Shown piece after piece: positions 15,540 to 23,170 of a stretch of DNA of 25,602 nucleotides. The translations under genes were made by a program, and so were the position numbers. The stretch lies in IMG/VR virus record IMGVR_UViG_3300030330_000248, positions 1-25,602 of that record, one strand, 5' to 3'. How positions within the stretch are numbered: position 1 is the stretch's first letter; every line of letters starts with the position of its first letter. The notes beneath the pieces were generated by a model that made no database searches, was not told the origin of the DNA, and was given only the letters and a program-made list of their open reading frames with translations. This stretch comes from a virus. Lineage: Duplodnaviria; Caudoviricetes.

Positions 15540-16349
15540 GTGGACAATACAGAATTACAAGAACAACTTGTTAGAATTAAGCAACAGTTAGAAGATTGTC
15601 GTGAAGAAAACAATCGTAAGTTAAAGACTGCATACGAAGATTGTGCTAACATTAAGCAGGGTCTTGAGAAAAAAGTGCAGAAGATGACTCTTGCTGCTGC
15701 TGTTACTGGCACGGTAGTTGGTGGTGAAGTATTAAGTAAGGTAACTGAAACGGTAGAACAGGTTACTGGTCTTACAGATACGCTTGGTGCAGCACCTAAA
15801 TCAACTAAAGATCCTTATGCTCTTGATTTAGATTGGATTACTCCAGAAATTAAGATGCCTGATAATGATACAGCAGGCGGTGCTGTGTTAGTTGATGGAG
15901 ATCAAGATAGTATTTTTGATGCTAAAGAAGGCATGAAGTTTGATTTACTTGAAGATTCATGGGCTAGTATTCCTAATCCTGCACAAGATTTAGAGACAGA
16001 AGCTGACTTAACTCAGGCTGCTGAGAAAGAATATTTCTTTTTAACCGAAGATGAAGACTATTCTATTGCAGAAGGTATTGGTTACTTTGTTGCTAGAGCT
16101 GAAGTAGAAGAACTTGTTGAAGAGCTAGAGGCTGAAGAATCTTTAATTGAATTAGTTACTGAAGAAGAAACTTTATCTATTGAGCAAGCCGAAGTAAAAG
16201 AAATTAAAATAGATCAACCAGACGAATACATTCCTCCACCTCCTGTTGTTATTCAACCTGAGCCTGAGATGATTGTAGTGGCTGAGTCTAAAGGAGTGTG
16301 GGCGTTGCCCTTATTATTATTTTGGAAACCAAGGAGGCGTAATGGCTAA
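15540..16349 (+). CDS. Acidic protein with N-terminal coiled coil, Pro-rich linker and a degenerate PEP-CTERM-like C-terminus (GTG start)
   Basis: Ends PPPPVVIQPEPEMIVVAESKGVWALPLLLFWKPRRRNG. Hydrophobic segment MTLAAAVTGTVVGG near the N-terminus. Confidence 0.7.
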   Translation: MDNTELQEQLVRIKQQLEDCREENNRKLKTAYEDCANIKQGLEKKVQKMTLAAAVTGTVVGGEVLSKVTETVEQVTGLTDTLGAAPKSTKDPYALDLDWITPEIKMPDNDTAGGAVLVDGDQDSIFDAKEGMKFDLLEDSWASIPNPAQDLETEADLTQAAEKEYFFLTEDEDYSIAEGIGYFVARAEVEELVEELEAEESLIELVTEEETLSIEQAEVKEIKIDQPDEYIPPPPVVIQPEPEMIVVAESKGVWALPLLLFWKPRRRNG

Positions 16350-16506
16350 GAAGAAAGCTAAGAAAAAAACCAACAAAGATGCATGCTATCGTAAAGTAAA
16401 AGCAAAGGCTAAGGTCTTTCCATCTGCGTATGCATCTGGTAGAATTGTACAGTGCCGAAAAGTAGGTGCTGCTAACTACGGCAATAAGAGTAAAAGAAAG
16501 AAGTAA
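16342..16506 (+). CDS. Small Lys-rich protein, 54 aa, with DACY.KVK...FPSAYASG...CRK motif; not in the ORF track
   Basis: AAGGAGG RBS, ATG 16342, TAA 16504-16506. Confidence 0.8.
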   Translation: MAKKKAKKKTNKDACYRKVKAKAKVFPSAYASGRIVQCRKVGAANYGNKSKRKK

Positions 16507-16509
16507 GTA

Positions 16510-16755
16510 ATGGCTAAAAAGAAATCTGCTACATCTGGTGGTTTACGCAAGTGGTTCTCCCAGAATAAAGGTAAAGGTTGGATCGACTGCAAGACCGGCA
16601 AACCTTGTGGCAGAAGTGGGAAGAAAGATAAGAACCGTCCCTATCCCGCCTGTCGCCCCACTAAGTCTCAGTGTACTTCAGCTGCCAAACGTAAGACTGG
16701 ACCTGCTCGTATTTCTTGGAAAAAGAAAACTAAAAAGAAGAAGACAAGAAAATGA
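16510..16755 (+). CDS. Small Lys-rich protein with GLRKWF...WIDC..GKPCGR...YPACRP motif
   Basis: Directly follows the previous ORF. The conserved-looking Trp/Cys core is recalled from marine phages and giant viruses (DUF5872-like, unverified). Confidence 0.75.
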   Translation: MAKKKSATSGGLRKWFSQNKGKGWIDCKTGKPCGRSGKKDKNRPYPACRPTKSQCTSAAKRKTGPARISWKKKTKKKKTRK

Positions 16756-17084
16756 AACGTAGAGATCCAGCTAAAGGTACTGGCAAGAAGCCTAAAAAAT
16801 CAGGTCGTAGATTATATACTGATGAGAATCCTAAAGATACTGTGCCAGTTAAGTTCAGTAGCGTAGGAGATATTAGAAAAACACTAAGCCAAGCTAGTTT
16901 TAAATCTAAGTCACACAAGAGACAGTCTCAAATTATTAATCTTATTGAACAACGTTCAAGAGTTGCTAAAGGTAGGACTAAAGATCCTGCTAAGAAGCGA
17001 AGTCTAACAGCTGCTCATTCTTATATCGTTAAAAAGAAAGAAGCAAGTAAACGTAAAACCCAACGCATGAGGAAAAAGAAATGA
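16752..17084 (+). CDS. Small basic protein with GRRLYTDENPKDTV motif
   Basis: ATGA-coupled to both neighbours; K/R-rich. Confidence 0.75.
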   Translation: MKRRDPAKGTGKKPKKSGRRLYTDENPKDTVPVKFSSVGDIRKTLSQASFKSKSHKRQSQIINLIEQRSRVAKGRTKDPAKKRSLTAAHSYIVKKKEASKRKTQRMRKKK

Positions 17085-17215
17085 GAAAAAACGGTAAGAA
17101 AAAAACTATGAAGAAAAATGGTAATGGCAAGAAGTTAACAGCAGCACAAAAGACGTTGCCTCCTTTCTTGCAAGCAAAGATTAAGAAGGCTAAAGCAAAG
17201 AAAGGCAAGAAATGA
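17081..17215 (+). CDS. Small Lys-rich protein, 44 aa (MRKNGKKKTMKK...LTAAQKTLPPFLQAKIKKAKAKKGKK); not in the ORF track
   Basis: ATGA overlaps at both ends; GAGG upstream. Confidence 0.7.
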   Translation: MRKNGKKKTMKKNGNGKKLTAAQKTLPPFLQAKIKKAKAKKGKK

Positions 17216-17403
17216 AGTATATTGCACTGTTATTATTAGCTGGTTGTTGTTCTGGCAAATGTATTAATGTTGAAATTAAAGCAGGTGGAGATGTTATTAT
17301 GGGCGAAGAGTGTGAAAAATGTCCAGTTGCTCCTGCTATTCGTAAAAAAATAATGGAACATAAATCAAAAGCACGGTATAATATGCAAGGTCAGAAACTG
17401 TAA
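17212..17403 (+). CDS. Small putative lipoprotein
   Basis: MKYIALLLLAGC signal with an LAGC lipobox; ATGA-coupled. Confidence 0.65.
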   Translation: MKYIALLLLAGCCSGKCINVEIKAGGDVIMGEECEKCPVAPAIRKKIMEHKSKARYNMQGQKL

Positions 17404-17415
17404 GGGGGATTAGTC

Positions 17416-17712
17416 ATGGCAAAAAAGAAACGTAAAGGTAGTATGAAAGGTATGTCAGTTAAAAGTGGTGATAAAAGACCTACAAGTAAGGGTGCTGGAA
17501 TGACCGCTAAAGGCGTGGCAAAATACCGTAGACAAAACCCCGGATCAAAACTTAAAACTGCTGTGACTGAAGCTAAACCTACAGGTAAAAGAGCTAAGCG
17601 ACGTAAGAGTTACTGCGCTAGGTCTGCTGGTCAAATGAAAATGCATGGTGTTAATTGTAAAAAAACACCAAAGAAAAGAATATGTGCAGCAAGAAGGAGA
17701 TGGAGATGCTGA
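17416..17712 (+). CDS. Small basic protein with RRKSYCARSAGQ...ARRRWRC motif
   Basis: GGGGGA RBS. The pattern GAGMTAKGV.KYRR.NPGSKLKTAVT...RRKSYCAR is recalled from aquatic phages (DUF6321-like, unverified). Confidence 0.8.
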   Translation: MAKKKRKGSMKGMSVKSGDKRPTSKGAGMTAKGVAKYRRQNPGSKLKTAVTEAKPTGKRAKRRKSYCARSAGQMKMHGVNCKKTPKKRICAARRRWRC

Positions 17713-18761
17713 ATAGTTTATTGGGGGCTTGTTTATTAATTAATGGTAGTGGGCCTCCAACTGATCCTGATTCAGTTGCTATGTGGATTGATGATCTTGG
17801 TAGGTTAACTCCGTTTGGCAGAACCTTTGATGTTTATATTCAAACAGGTTTTGATCCTGACTTTAGTTATCCTAATGGAGATCCACGCCGTCCGTATATG
17901 ATTGGTTGTACTCGTGGTAATGAGTCACCAGCTAGATCGTTTCAGTGGATGATTGAAGGTGATGTATTTAAAAACCACAGGCCAGACCATCTGTACCCTT
18001 GGCTAGAGAACTGCCAAGAGTGCATAGACTATTGGAACCAAGACACTGGCATTCTTTGCCCCGAAGCCGGAGAGTATTGGGAGTGTATACAAGCCAACCC
18101 ATATCAGCGGTGGATGTATCTGAACATGAACTTTACCCCAATTAATTGGGTGTTTGAAGGCCCACAGGGATGCTGTCCCCGGACGGCTGACCTCGTTGAT
18201 CTTGAGTACGCATGGTGTGACTCTTGGATTCTGCATGGGCCACTTGGCAAGAAGTATGGCAACTCGCAGCAATACAAATACCCGTTGGTTCAGCAGCAGC
18301 ACAAGGATCTAATTACTCCAAAGTCATGGAATAATATGGTGCTTAAAGTTTGGCAGCCAATACCAGTTGGGGAGGTTCAAGGTCAAAGGTGCTGTTCTGC
18401 CCCATCGCAGAATGACTACGGCGACCTGATTCGATGGGACGCTGACGTTGACTGGATGAGTGAGAAGTATCCGGGTTCGTTCCATATTGCTCGGTTTACT
18501 GGTCCTAACAGGTTTGCGTCCTCTGGTGTTGTACGGTTTGCTTGTGGCAATGATCATCCATGTGAGCCGTCACCTTATCAAATTGCATATGACGCAGATA
18601 ACTCTTGCCCATCAGACTTGAATGAAGATGGCATAGTTGGATTCCAAGACTTATTGCAAGTTCTTGGTGATGTAGGTAGTCAAAGATATCATTATCAAAC
18701 AAACAATGGATTCAATGCAATTGTAAAAGTATTATCAGAATGGGGGAATTGCGATGGCTAA
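17706..18761 (+). CDS. Cys/Trp-rich exported protein with a C-terminal dockerin-like domain
   Basis: AAGGAG RBS before ATG 17706 and hydrophobic N-terminus MLNSLLGACLLING. C-terminus CPSDLNEDGIVGFQDLLQVL...VLSEWGNC. Confidence 0.8.
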   Translation: MLNSLLGACLLINGSGPPTDPDSVAMWIDDLGRLTPFGRTFDVYIQTGFDPDFSYPNGDPRRPYMIGCTRGNESPARSFQWMIEGDVFKNHRPDHLYPWLENCQECIDYWNQDTGILCPEAGEYWECIQANPYQRWMYLNMNFTPINWVFEGPQGCCPRTADLVDLEYAWCDSWILHGPLGKKYGNSQQYKYPLVQQQHKDLITPKSWNNMVLKVWQPIPVGEVQGQRCCSAPSQNDYGDLIRWDADVDWMSEKYPGSFHIARFTGPNRFASSGVVRFACGNDHPCEPSPYQIAYDADNSCPSDLNEDGIVGFQDLLQVLGDVGSQRYHYQTNNGFNAIVKVLSEWGNCDG

Positions 18762-19839
18762 TGGCAAAACTAAGTACGGTGTTGGTGTTGAAGGAATTCA
18801 ATCTTTAGAAATTCGTGGTACTACCAACGGCGATCTTGATAAGTTTGCTTTAATTGCTAATCGTAATCAACTCATTGCATCAGGCACAGAGGATTATGTA
18901 TTGTCTGTGAGAGAGTCTTTGCTTGCGGATAAAGTTCGCAAGTTTAGAATTCCTGAAATTTGGGATAGACAGTGGACTCATAAGCTTGGTCCTATTTGGA
19001 CTCCTATATCTGCAGAAGGATCTACCTGTGAGCTATGGCTCAATCCTGAGAATATGGCAACTAATGATGCAGGAGATCGGGTAAATGTTTGTGAAGATTC
19101 TTCGGGGAATGGTAGAGACTTTAGCCAAGCTGTATCTAATGATCAACCAGAATATGCTGCAAAAAATTCTAGTGCTAATAACTTTAGAGGTATGACTGCT
19201 ACTGGAAGTAGTGATCAATTAGTTGCCAGCTTAGGAACTGGTATTGATCACGATACTACTCAAGATTGGTGTTGGGGTTTTGTTGCTATACTTCGAGATC
19301 AACATGCTAACACTGGTATAAATCAATGCACTATGGCATATAATGGAAATACTGTAGGTAATGGTGCTGGTAATAACGAGTTTGGTATAATTTTTAGATA
19401 TAACACTCTTAATGCTAATGAAAGATTTCAACTTCGTAAACGACATGCAAGTGGAGAAGCTACCTTTACTTATGATCCTGATGTTACTTTCAATGATAAT
19501 CAACCTCAAATAGTTATTATTGGTAGAACTAGCGGCAATTCTTTATTTAGATTGAATGGTACATCTGAGGCTAGTCAAGGTGGAGATGCTAGAGCCCATG
19601 TTGCTCAAGGTGTTGATGGTGGCTGGGGTGGTGGCAATAGCGGTTCTGCTAATGTTCGAGCATTTCAAGACCCTATGTTTGAGTGGGTTGTTTTAAATGG
19701 AACTGGTACCTCTGGTGCTATTGATACTGATATTGTAAAACTAGAAGGATATTTTGCCCAAAAGTATGGGCTGTTGGATCTGCTACCTGCAGGTCATGCT
19801 TATAAAACTGATGCTCCAAGAGCATCCATTACTGTGTAA
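18754..19839 (+). CDS. LamG/concanavalin A-like domain protein (possible virion decoration or adhesion)
   Basis: LWLNPE...DSSGNGRDFSQ...QPEY and C-terminal KLEGYFAQKYGL..LPAGHAYKTDAP. G/N/S/T-rich beta composition. Confidence 0.7.
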   Translation: MANGKTKYGVGVEGIQSLEIRGTTNGDLDKFALIANRNQLIASGTEDYVLSVRESLLADKVRKFRIPEIWDRQWTHKLGPIWTPISAEGSTCELWLNPENMATNDAGDRVNVCEDSSGNGRDFSQAVSNDQPEYAAKNSSANNFRGMTATGSSDQLVASLGTGIDHDTTQDWCWGFVAILRDQHANTGINQCTMAYNGNTVGNGAGNNEFGIIFRYNTLNANERFQLRKRHASGEATFTYDPDVTFNDNQPQIVIIGRTSGNSLFRLNGTSEASQGGDARAHVAQGVDGGWGGGNSGSANVRAFQDPMFEWVVLNGTGTSGAIDTDIVKLEGYFAQKYGLLDLLPAGHAYKTDAPRASITV

Positions 19840-19848
19840 GGAGTTATC

Positions 19849-20028
19849 ATGGCTAAGAAGAAGAAAGAAAAGAAGACCGGACTTGGTGCTGCTGTTGCCA
19901 AGGTAAAGGCAAGACCAAGTGGAAGGCGTGCTGCTGAGCGTAAGGCTGATGTTAAAGCACCTGCAGCAAGAAGAAGAAAAGGTACTGCAACATCTGGAGG
20001 TCGACGTTCAAGAGGCAGTGGAAAATGA
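19849..20028 (+). CDS. Small Lys/Arg/Ala-rich histone-tail-like protein, 59 aa; not in the ORF track
   Basis: AAGGAG RBS, ATG 19849, TGA 20026-20028. Sequence MAKKKKEKKTGLGAAVAKVKARPSGRRAAERK... Confidence 0.75.
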   Translation: MAKKKKEKKTGLGAAVAKVKARPSGRRAAERKADVKAPAARRRKGTATSGGRRSRGSGK

Positions 20029-20153
20029 AAACTAAATTTAAATCTTCTTGCGGTGGAATGGCTGTAAGATATACTGAAAAGGACGCAGAAAAATTTGTAA
20101 AGGCAGGAGCCAAAGTTAAGAATGGATCTAGATCTAATAAAGCAAGAAATTGA
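20025..20153 (+). CDS. Small basic protein, 42 aa (MKTKFKSSCGG...); not in the ORF track
   Basis: ATGA-coupled to the previous stop; fills the gap to 20122. Confidence 0.5.
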   Translation: MKTKFKSSCGGMAVRYTEKDAEKFVKAGAKVKNGSRSNKARN

Positions 20154-20643
20154 AAATTGGATATTTAATTATTTAGATATACCTTCTGCATTTTATATGG
20201 ATAATAAGCCCTGTCCTTTTGCTGCTAAAGCATGGCGTGATAAACAAGTCAATGTTTTATTAGGTGAGAAATCTACAGTTCGCCAACAGGTGTATAACTG
20301 GGATGATACTTATCAATTAGTAATTGTTGTATTTGATCCTGACAATTGGTCTAATGCCGATTCTTGGGCAGAAAGGTACAACGAACGGATAGAAGAAAAG
20401 GATCTTTATGTTATGGTATTTGAACCGGGAGATGACGAACCGGATGATCCTGAGTTAGATCCTGAAAAATATGGACAAGTTGTAGACTACGAGTTTGGAA
20501 TGGCGCTTATTCAACGGCGTAAAGAACTAAATAAATTTTCTAAGTTTTTAGAACGTCAGAATTATTATGAAAATTGTTCTGATTATTTCATGAATTATGT
20601 CAACAAAAGGAGAATGACATGCCCGGAAGAGGAAAAGGAATGA
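20122..20643 (+). CDS. Hypothetical protein with PCPFA motif
   Basis: AGGAG RBS. PCPFAAKAW and LIQRRKELN...L...NYY motifs recalled from aquatic phages. Confidence 0.75.
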   Translation: MDLDLIKQEIENWIFNYLDIPSAFYMDNKPCPFAAKAWRDKQVNVLLGEKSTVRQQVYNWDDTYQLVIVVFDPDNWSNADSWAERYNERIEEKDLYVMVFEPGDDEPDDPELDPEKYGQVVDYEFGMALIQRRKELNKFSKFLERQNYYENCSDYFMNYVNKRRMTCPEEEKE

Positions 20644-20726
20644 AGAAGAAGGCCATGGGTAAGAAGAAGACCATGGGTAAGAAGAAGAACGGTATGAAGA
20701 AGACCGGAATGAGAAGAAAGGGATAA
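20619..20726 (+). CDS. 35-aa Lys/Gly/Met-rich protamine-like peptide (MPGRGKGMKKKAMGKKKTMGKKKNGMKKTGMRRKG); not in the ORF track
   Basis: AAGGAG RBS, ATG 20619, TAA 20724-20726. Confidence 0.7.
   Translation: MPGRGKGMKKKAMGKKKTMGKKKNGMKKTGMRRKG
20653..20688 (+). repeat. Perfect 18-nt tandem repeat x2 (CCATGGGTAAGAAGAAGA) inside the protamine-like ORF
   Basis: Directly visible; encodes MGKKK units in frame. Confidence 0.9.
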
Positions 20727-20730
20727 CTAA

Positions 20731-21186
20731 ATGACTAGCACCATTTCATCTGCTACGCTTACGGTTACGCACACTGAAGCTCTTACGCTGAATGGTGTTG
20801 ATCGTGGTGTTACTAATACCTTTACAGTGGGGTCTATCAATGAGGTAGATCACAGAATTATGACATGTTTACACAGTGGTCTACAGACAGTTGCCGTTCT
20901 CGGCACTGCTGTAGCCGCTGGTACTTACATTAAAACTGATGTTAAGTATATTCGATTAACAAATAAAGACGATACTAATTTTATTACTATTGGACTTCTA
21001 GATACGGGTGCGAAATCAGCGTATCTTAAACTAGAAGCTGGACAAACATTTACTTTCTACAATGATGATTTAGAATGTGATGATGATTCAGGTGCAGCTT
21101 TTAGTACATTTAATGAAATTGATACGATCAATGCACAAGCTGATACTGCTTCTTGTGATCTTGAAATATTTATTGCTAGTGCCTAA
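20731..21186 (+). CDS. Hypothetical beta-rich protein, probably structural
   Basis: TLTVTHTEALTLNG...VKYIRLTNKDDTNFI...DLEIFIASA; Thr-rich. Confidence 0.75.
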   Translation: MTSTISSATLTVTHTEALTLNGVDRGVTNTFTVGSINEVDHRIMTCLHSGLQTVAVLGTAVAAGTYIKTDVKYIRLTNKDDTNFITIGLLDTGAKSAYLKLEAGQTFTFYNDDLECDDDSGAAFSTFNEIDTINAQADTASCDLEIFIASA

Positions 21187-21198
21187 TAGGAGATTATT

Positions 21199-21327
21199 AT
21201 GGTAGATTTTATTATTGGATCATGGGGCTTTATCTTGTCCCATGTGTTAATGTTTGCAGCTGGTGCTTGGATGGGTAAGCCATTGTTTAGTTGGCTTAAC
21301 GCTAAGTTACCATGGACTGCAAAGTAA
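21199..21327 (+). CDS. Small membrane protein, 42 aa (MVDFIIGSWGFILSHVLMFAAGAWMGKPLFSWLNAKLPWTAK); not in the ORF track
   Basis: AGGAG RBS, ATG 21199, TAA 21325-21327. One TM helix plus an amphipathic tail. Confidence 0.7.
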   Translation: MVDFIIGSWGFILSHVLMFAAGAWMGKPLFSWLNAKLPWTAK

Positions 21328-21545
21328 TTCTGAAGGCGTGCGCGTGGCTCTGCCTTCTTGGGGGTTGTAAGACAACCTCTTTGTTTAAAGATAAGGAAGT
21401 TATTACAGAACCAGTATCCAGTATAGTACAACCACTCTCGACTAATTACAGTTATTTAGGAGGTGGTTTTGTGGGTTTGGCTATACTTTGTTTAGGGTAT
21501 CTATGGTTCTCAGAATACAAGAAGGCTGATGCCAAAGGAGATTAA
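21312..21545 (+). CDS. Small lipoprotein-like protein with an additional C-terminal TM helix
   Basis: N-terminal ACAWLCLLGGC lipobox-like signal. C-terminal YLGGGFVGLAILCLGYLWF followed by a charged tail. Confidence 0.6.
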   Translation: MDCKVILKACAWLCLLGGCKTTSLFKDKEVITEPVSSIVQPLSTNYSYLGGGFVGLAILCLGYLWFSEYKKADAKGD

Positions 21546-21547
21546 TT

Positions 21548-22135
21548 ATGGCTTTAACTTATACGACACCAGCGAATATTGATTTTGATCCTGAAAGTGT
21601 AGATACAGTAATTACTAATACTTTTGCAACTGCAGCAAGCTCTACATTTGCAAATAGTGCCGGTGGTTTTGCTACTGGAGCTGTTCAATTAGATGTTGCA
21701 TTGACATACGATCAAGATTTTATTGCAACTGATACTGCACACCCTGACAGTGTTGCAGGAGATTTAACTGTGCAAGCAGTGTTTACTGAAGATGATGGTA
21801 CTGTTACTAGAACTACTATTGCTAATGGTGCTTCTGCTACAACTATTGGAACTCTTGGTTCTAGTGGTAATCATACTGTTGGTTTTGAAGTTACTGGTCT
21901 TGAAGAAGGCTGTGAACTAAGTATTATTTATAACATTGATAATAATAGCGATACAAAAACTGGTAATATTACCGAAATTGGAGTTGAGTCAGTCAAAGGT
22001 TTAAATGACTGTGATTTCCAAGACGTTTTAAAATATCAACAACTTAATCAAAAATTAAACAATCGCTTTGATGCGGATACTAAAGAGTTTAGTAGCTTTA
22101 AAGATATGTTAAAGCGAATGAAAAAAGTTAAATAA
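21548..22135 (+). CDS. Hypothetical Thr/Asp-rich protein, probably structural
   Basis: AAGGAG RBS; beta-rich N-terminal part and basic helical C-terminus. Confidence 0.7.
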   Translation: MALTYTTPANIDFDPESVDTVITNTFATAASSTFANSAGGFATGAVQLDVALTYDQDFIATDTAHPDSVAGDLTVQAVFTEDDGTVTRTTIANGASATTIGTLGSSGNHTVGFEVTGLEEGCELSIIYNIDNNSDTKTGNITEIGVESVKGLNDCDFQDVLKYQQLNQKLNNRFDADTKEFSSFKDMLKRMKKVK

Positions 22136-22146
22136 GGAGACAGTTA

Positions 22147-23052
22147 ATGTCTGAAGAAACTACTGGTGAGACTCCGGCAACGGAACAATCTGCACCACAA
22201 GAATTCGTACAACCGGCAGATCAGAATGCTGCTAATGAGAGGGCTGCTTTTAAAACCTACGTCGAAAGTAATGGGCAACAGGTTCCTGAAAACTTTAAAG
22301 ATGTAGATACATGGTTTGATTCACTAAAGAATGCTCAAGCTGAGTATACTAAAACTCGTCAAGAAATTGCTGAACTTAAAGATCAGTATGCCAAGACGGG
22401 TCAGATTGGTGAGCGATCACAACCAGTACAAGAAGAGCAACAACCCGCCGAGGTTGTTCAGACTAGGGAAGATCTCAGAATTGAGAAGCCCGAGGAACCA
22501 CCACAACTATCAATGAATGATCAGTGGGCAGCTTGGCAACAAGAACTTGCTTTGAGTGGTGACTTTAGTGCCGATACTCGTGGTGCTATTAAGTCTGCTA
22601 TGGGTGTCGATGACGCTGTAGTAGATACATTTATTGCTGGTCAGAAGGCTTTGCGAAAGGAAGCCTACGATTCTGCTGCTAATGTAGTAGGAGATCAGCA
22701 AACTTTAGATAATATCCTGTCATGGGCAGGAGAGTCTTTGAATGATCAAGAGCGTGATGATCTTAACAGCATGCTTGCCGGTCCTTCGTATAAGACTGCC
22801 TTACTTGGTCTACAAGCCAGATACAACCAAGAACAGGCTAACAAGCCAAACCGGCGACAAGAACCAGCTCCGGTTCAGGGTAGAGAAAATGCAGCTATGG
22901 CACAGGACGCTGATGCTATTAAACCATTTTCTACTACACAAGAGATGAACTTCTATATGAATAAACCAGAGTATAGAACGGATCCTGAATATAGAGCTCA
23001 GATTGAAGCTAGGCTTGTTAAAACTATGCAAGCTGGCGTGTTAATTCGATAA
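22147..23052 (+). CDS. Capsid scaffolding protein (T7 gp9-like)
   Basis: VPENFK, ILSWAGESL, ALLGLQARY and C-terminal F.TTQEM...M.KPEY.TDPEYRAQIEARL. Directly upstream of the MCP. Confidence 0.9.
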   Translation: MSEETTGETPATEQSAPQEFVQPADQNAANERAAFKTYVESNGQQVPENFKDVDTWFDSLKNAQAEYTKTRQEIAELKDQYAKTGQIGERSQPVQEEQQPAEVVQTREDLRIEKPEEPPQLSMNDQWAAWQQELALSGDFSADTRGAIKSAMGVDDAVVDTFIAGQKALRKEAYDSAANVVGDQQTLDNILSWAGESLNDQERDDLNSMLAGPSYKTALLGLQARYNQEQANKPNRRQEPAPVQGRENAAMAQDADAIKPFSTTQEMNFYMNKPEYRTDPEYRAQIEARLVKTMQAGVLIR

Positions 23053-23137
23053 TCATTGGACACGATATCGAATAAACAACATTAAAAGTACAGAACAATT
23101 AGGCTTACGAGTTGAAAAAGTATGTATGGATAATGTC

Positions 23138-23170
23138 TAGGGTTGACTCCACAAGGAACAATCAACACTA
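23138..23170 (+). promoter_or_regulatory. Stem-loop with asymmetric internal loop in the capsid gene leader
   Basis: TAG-G-GTTGA-C-TCC-ACAA-GGA-ACAA-TCAAC-A-CTA. Confidence 0.45.

Noticed and set aside
20641-20720. CRISPR-like or regulatory repeat array
   Set aside because: There are only two adjacent copies without spacers, explained by in-frame MGKKK coding.
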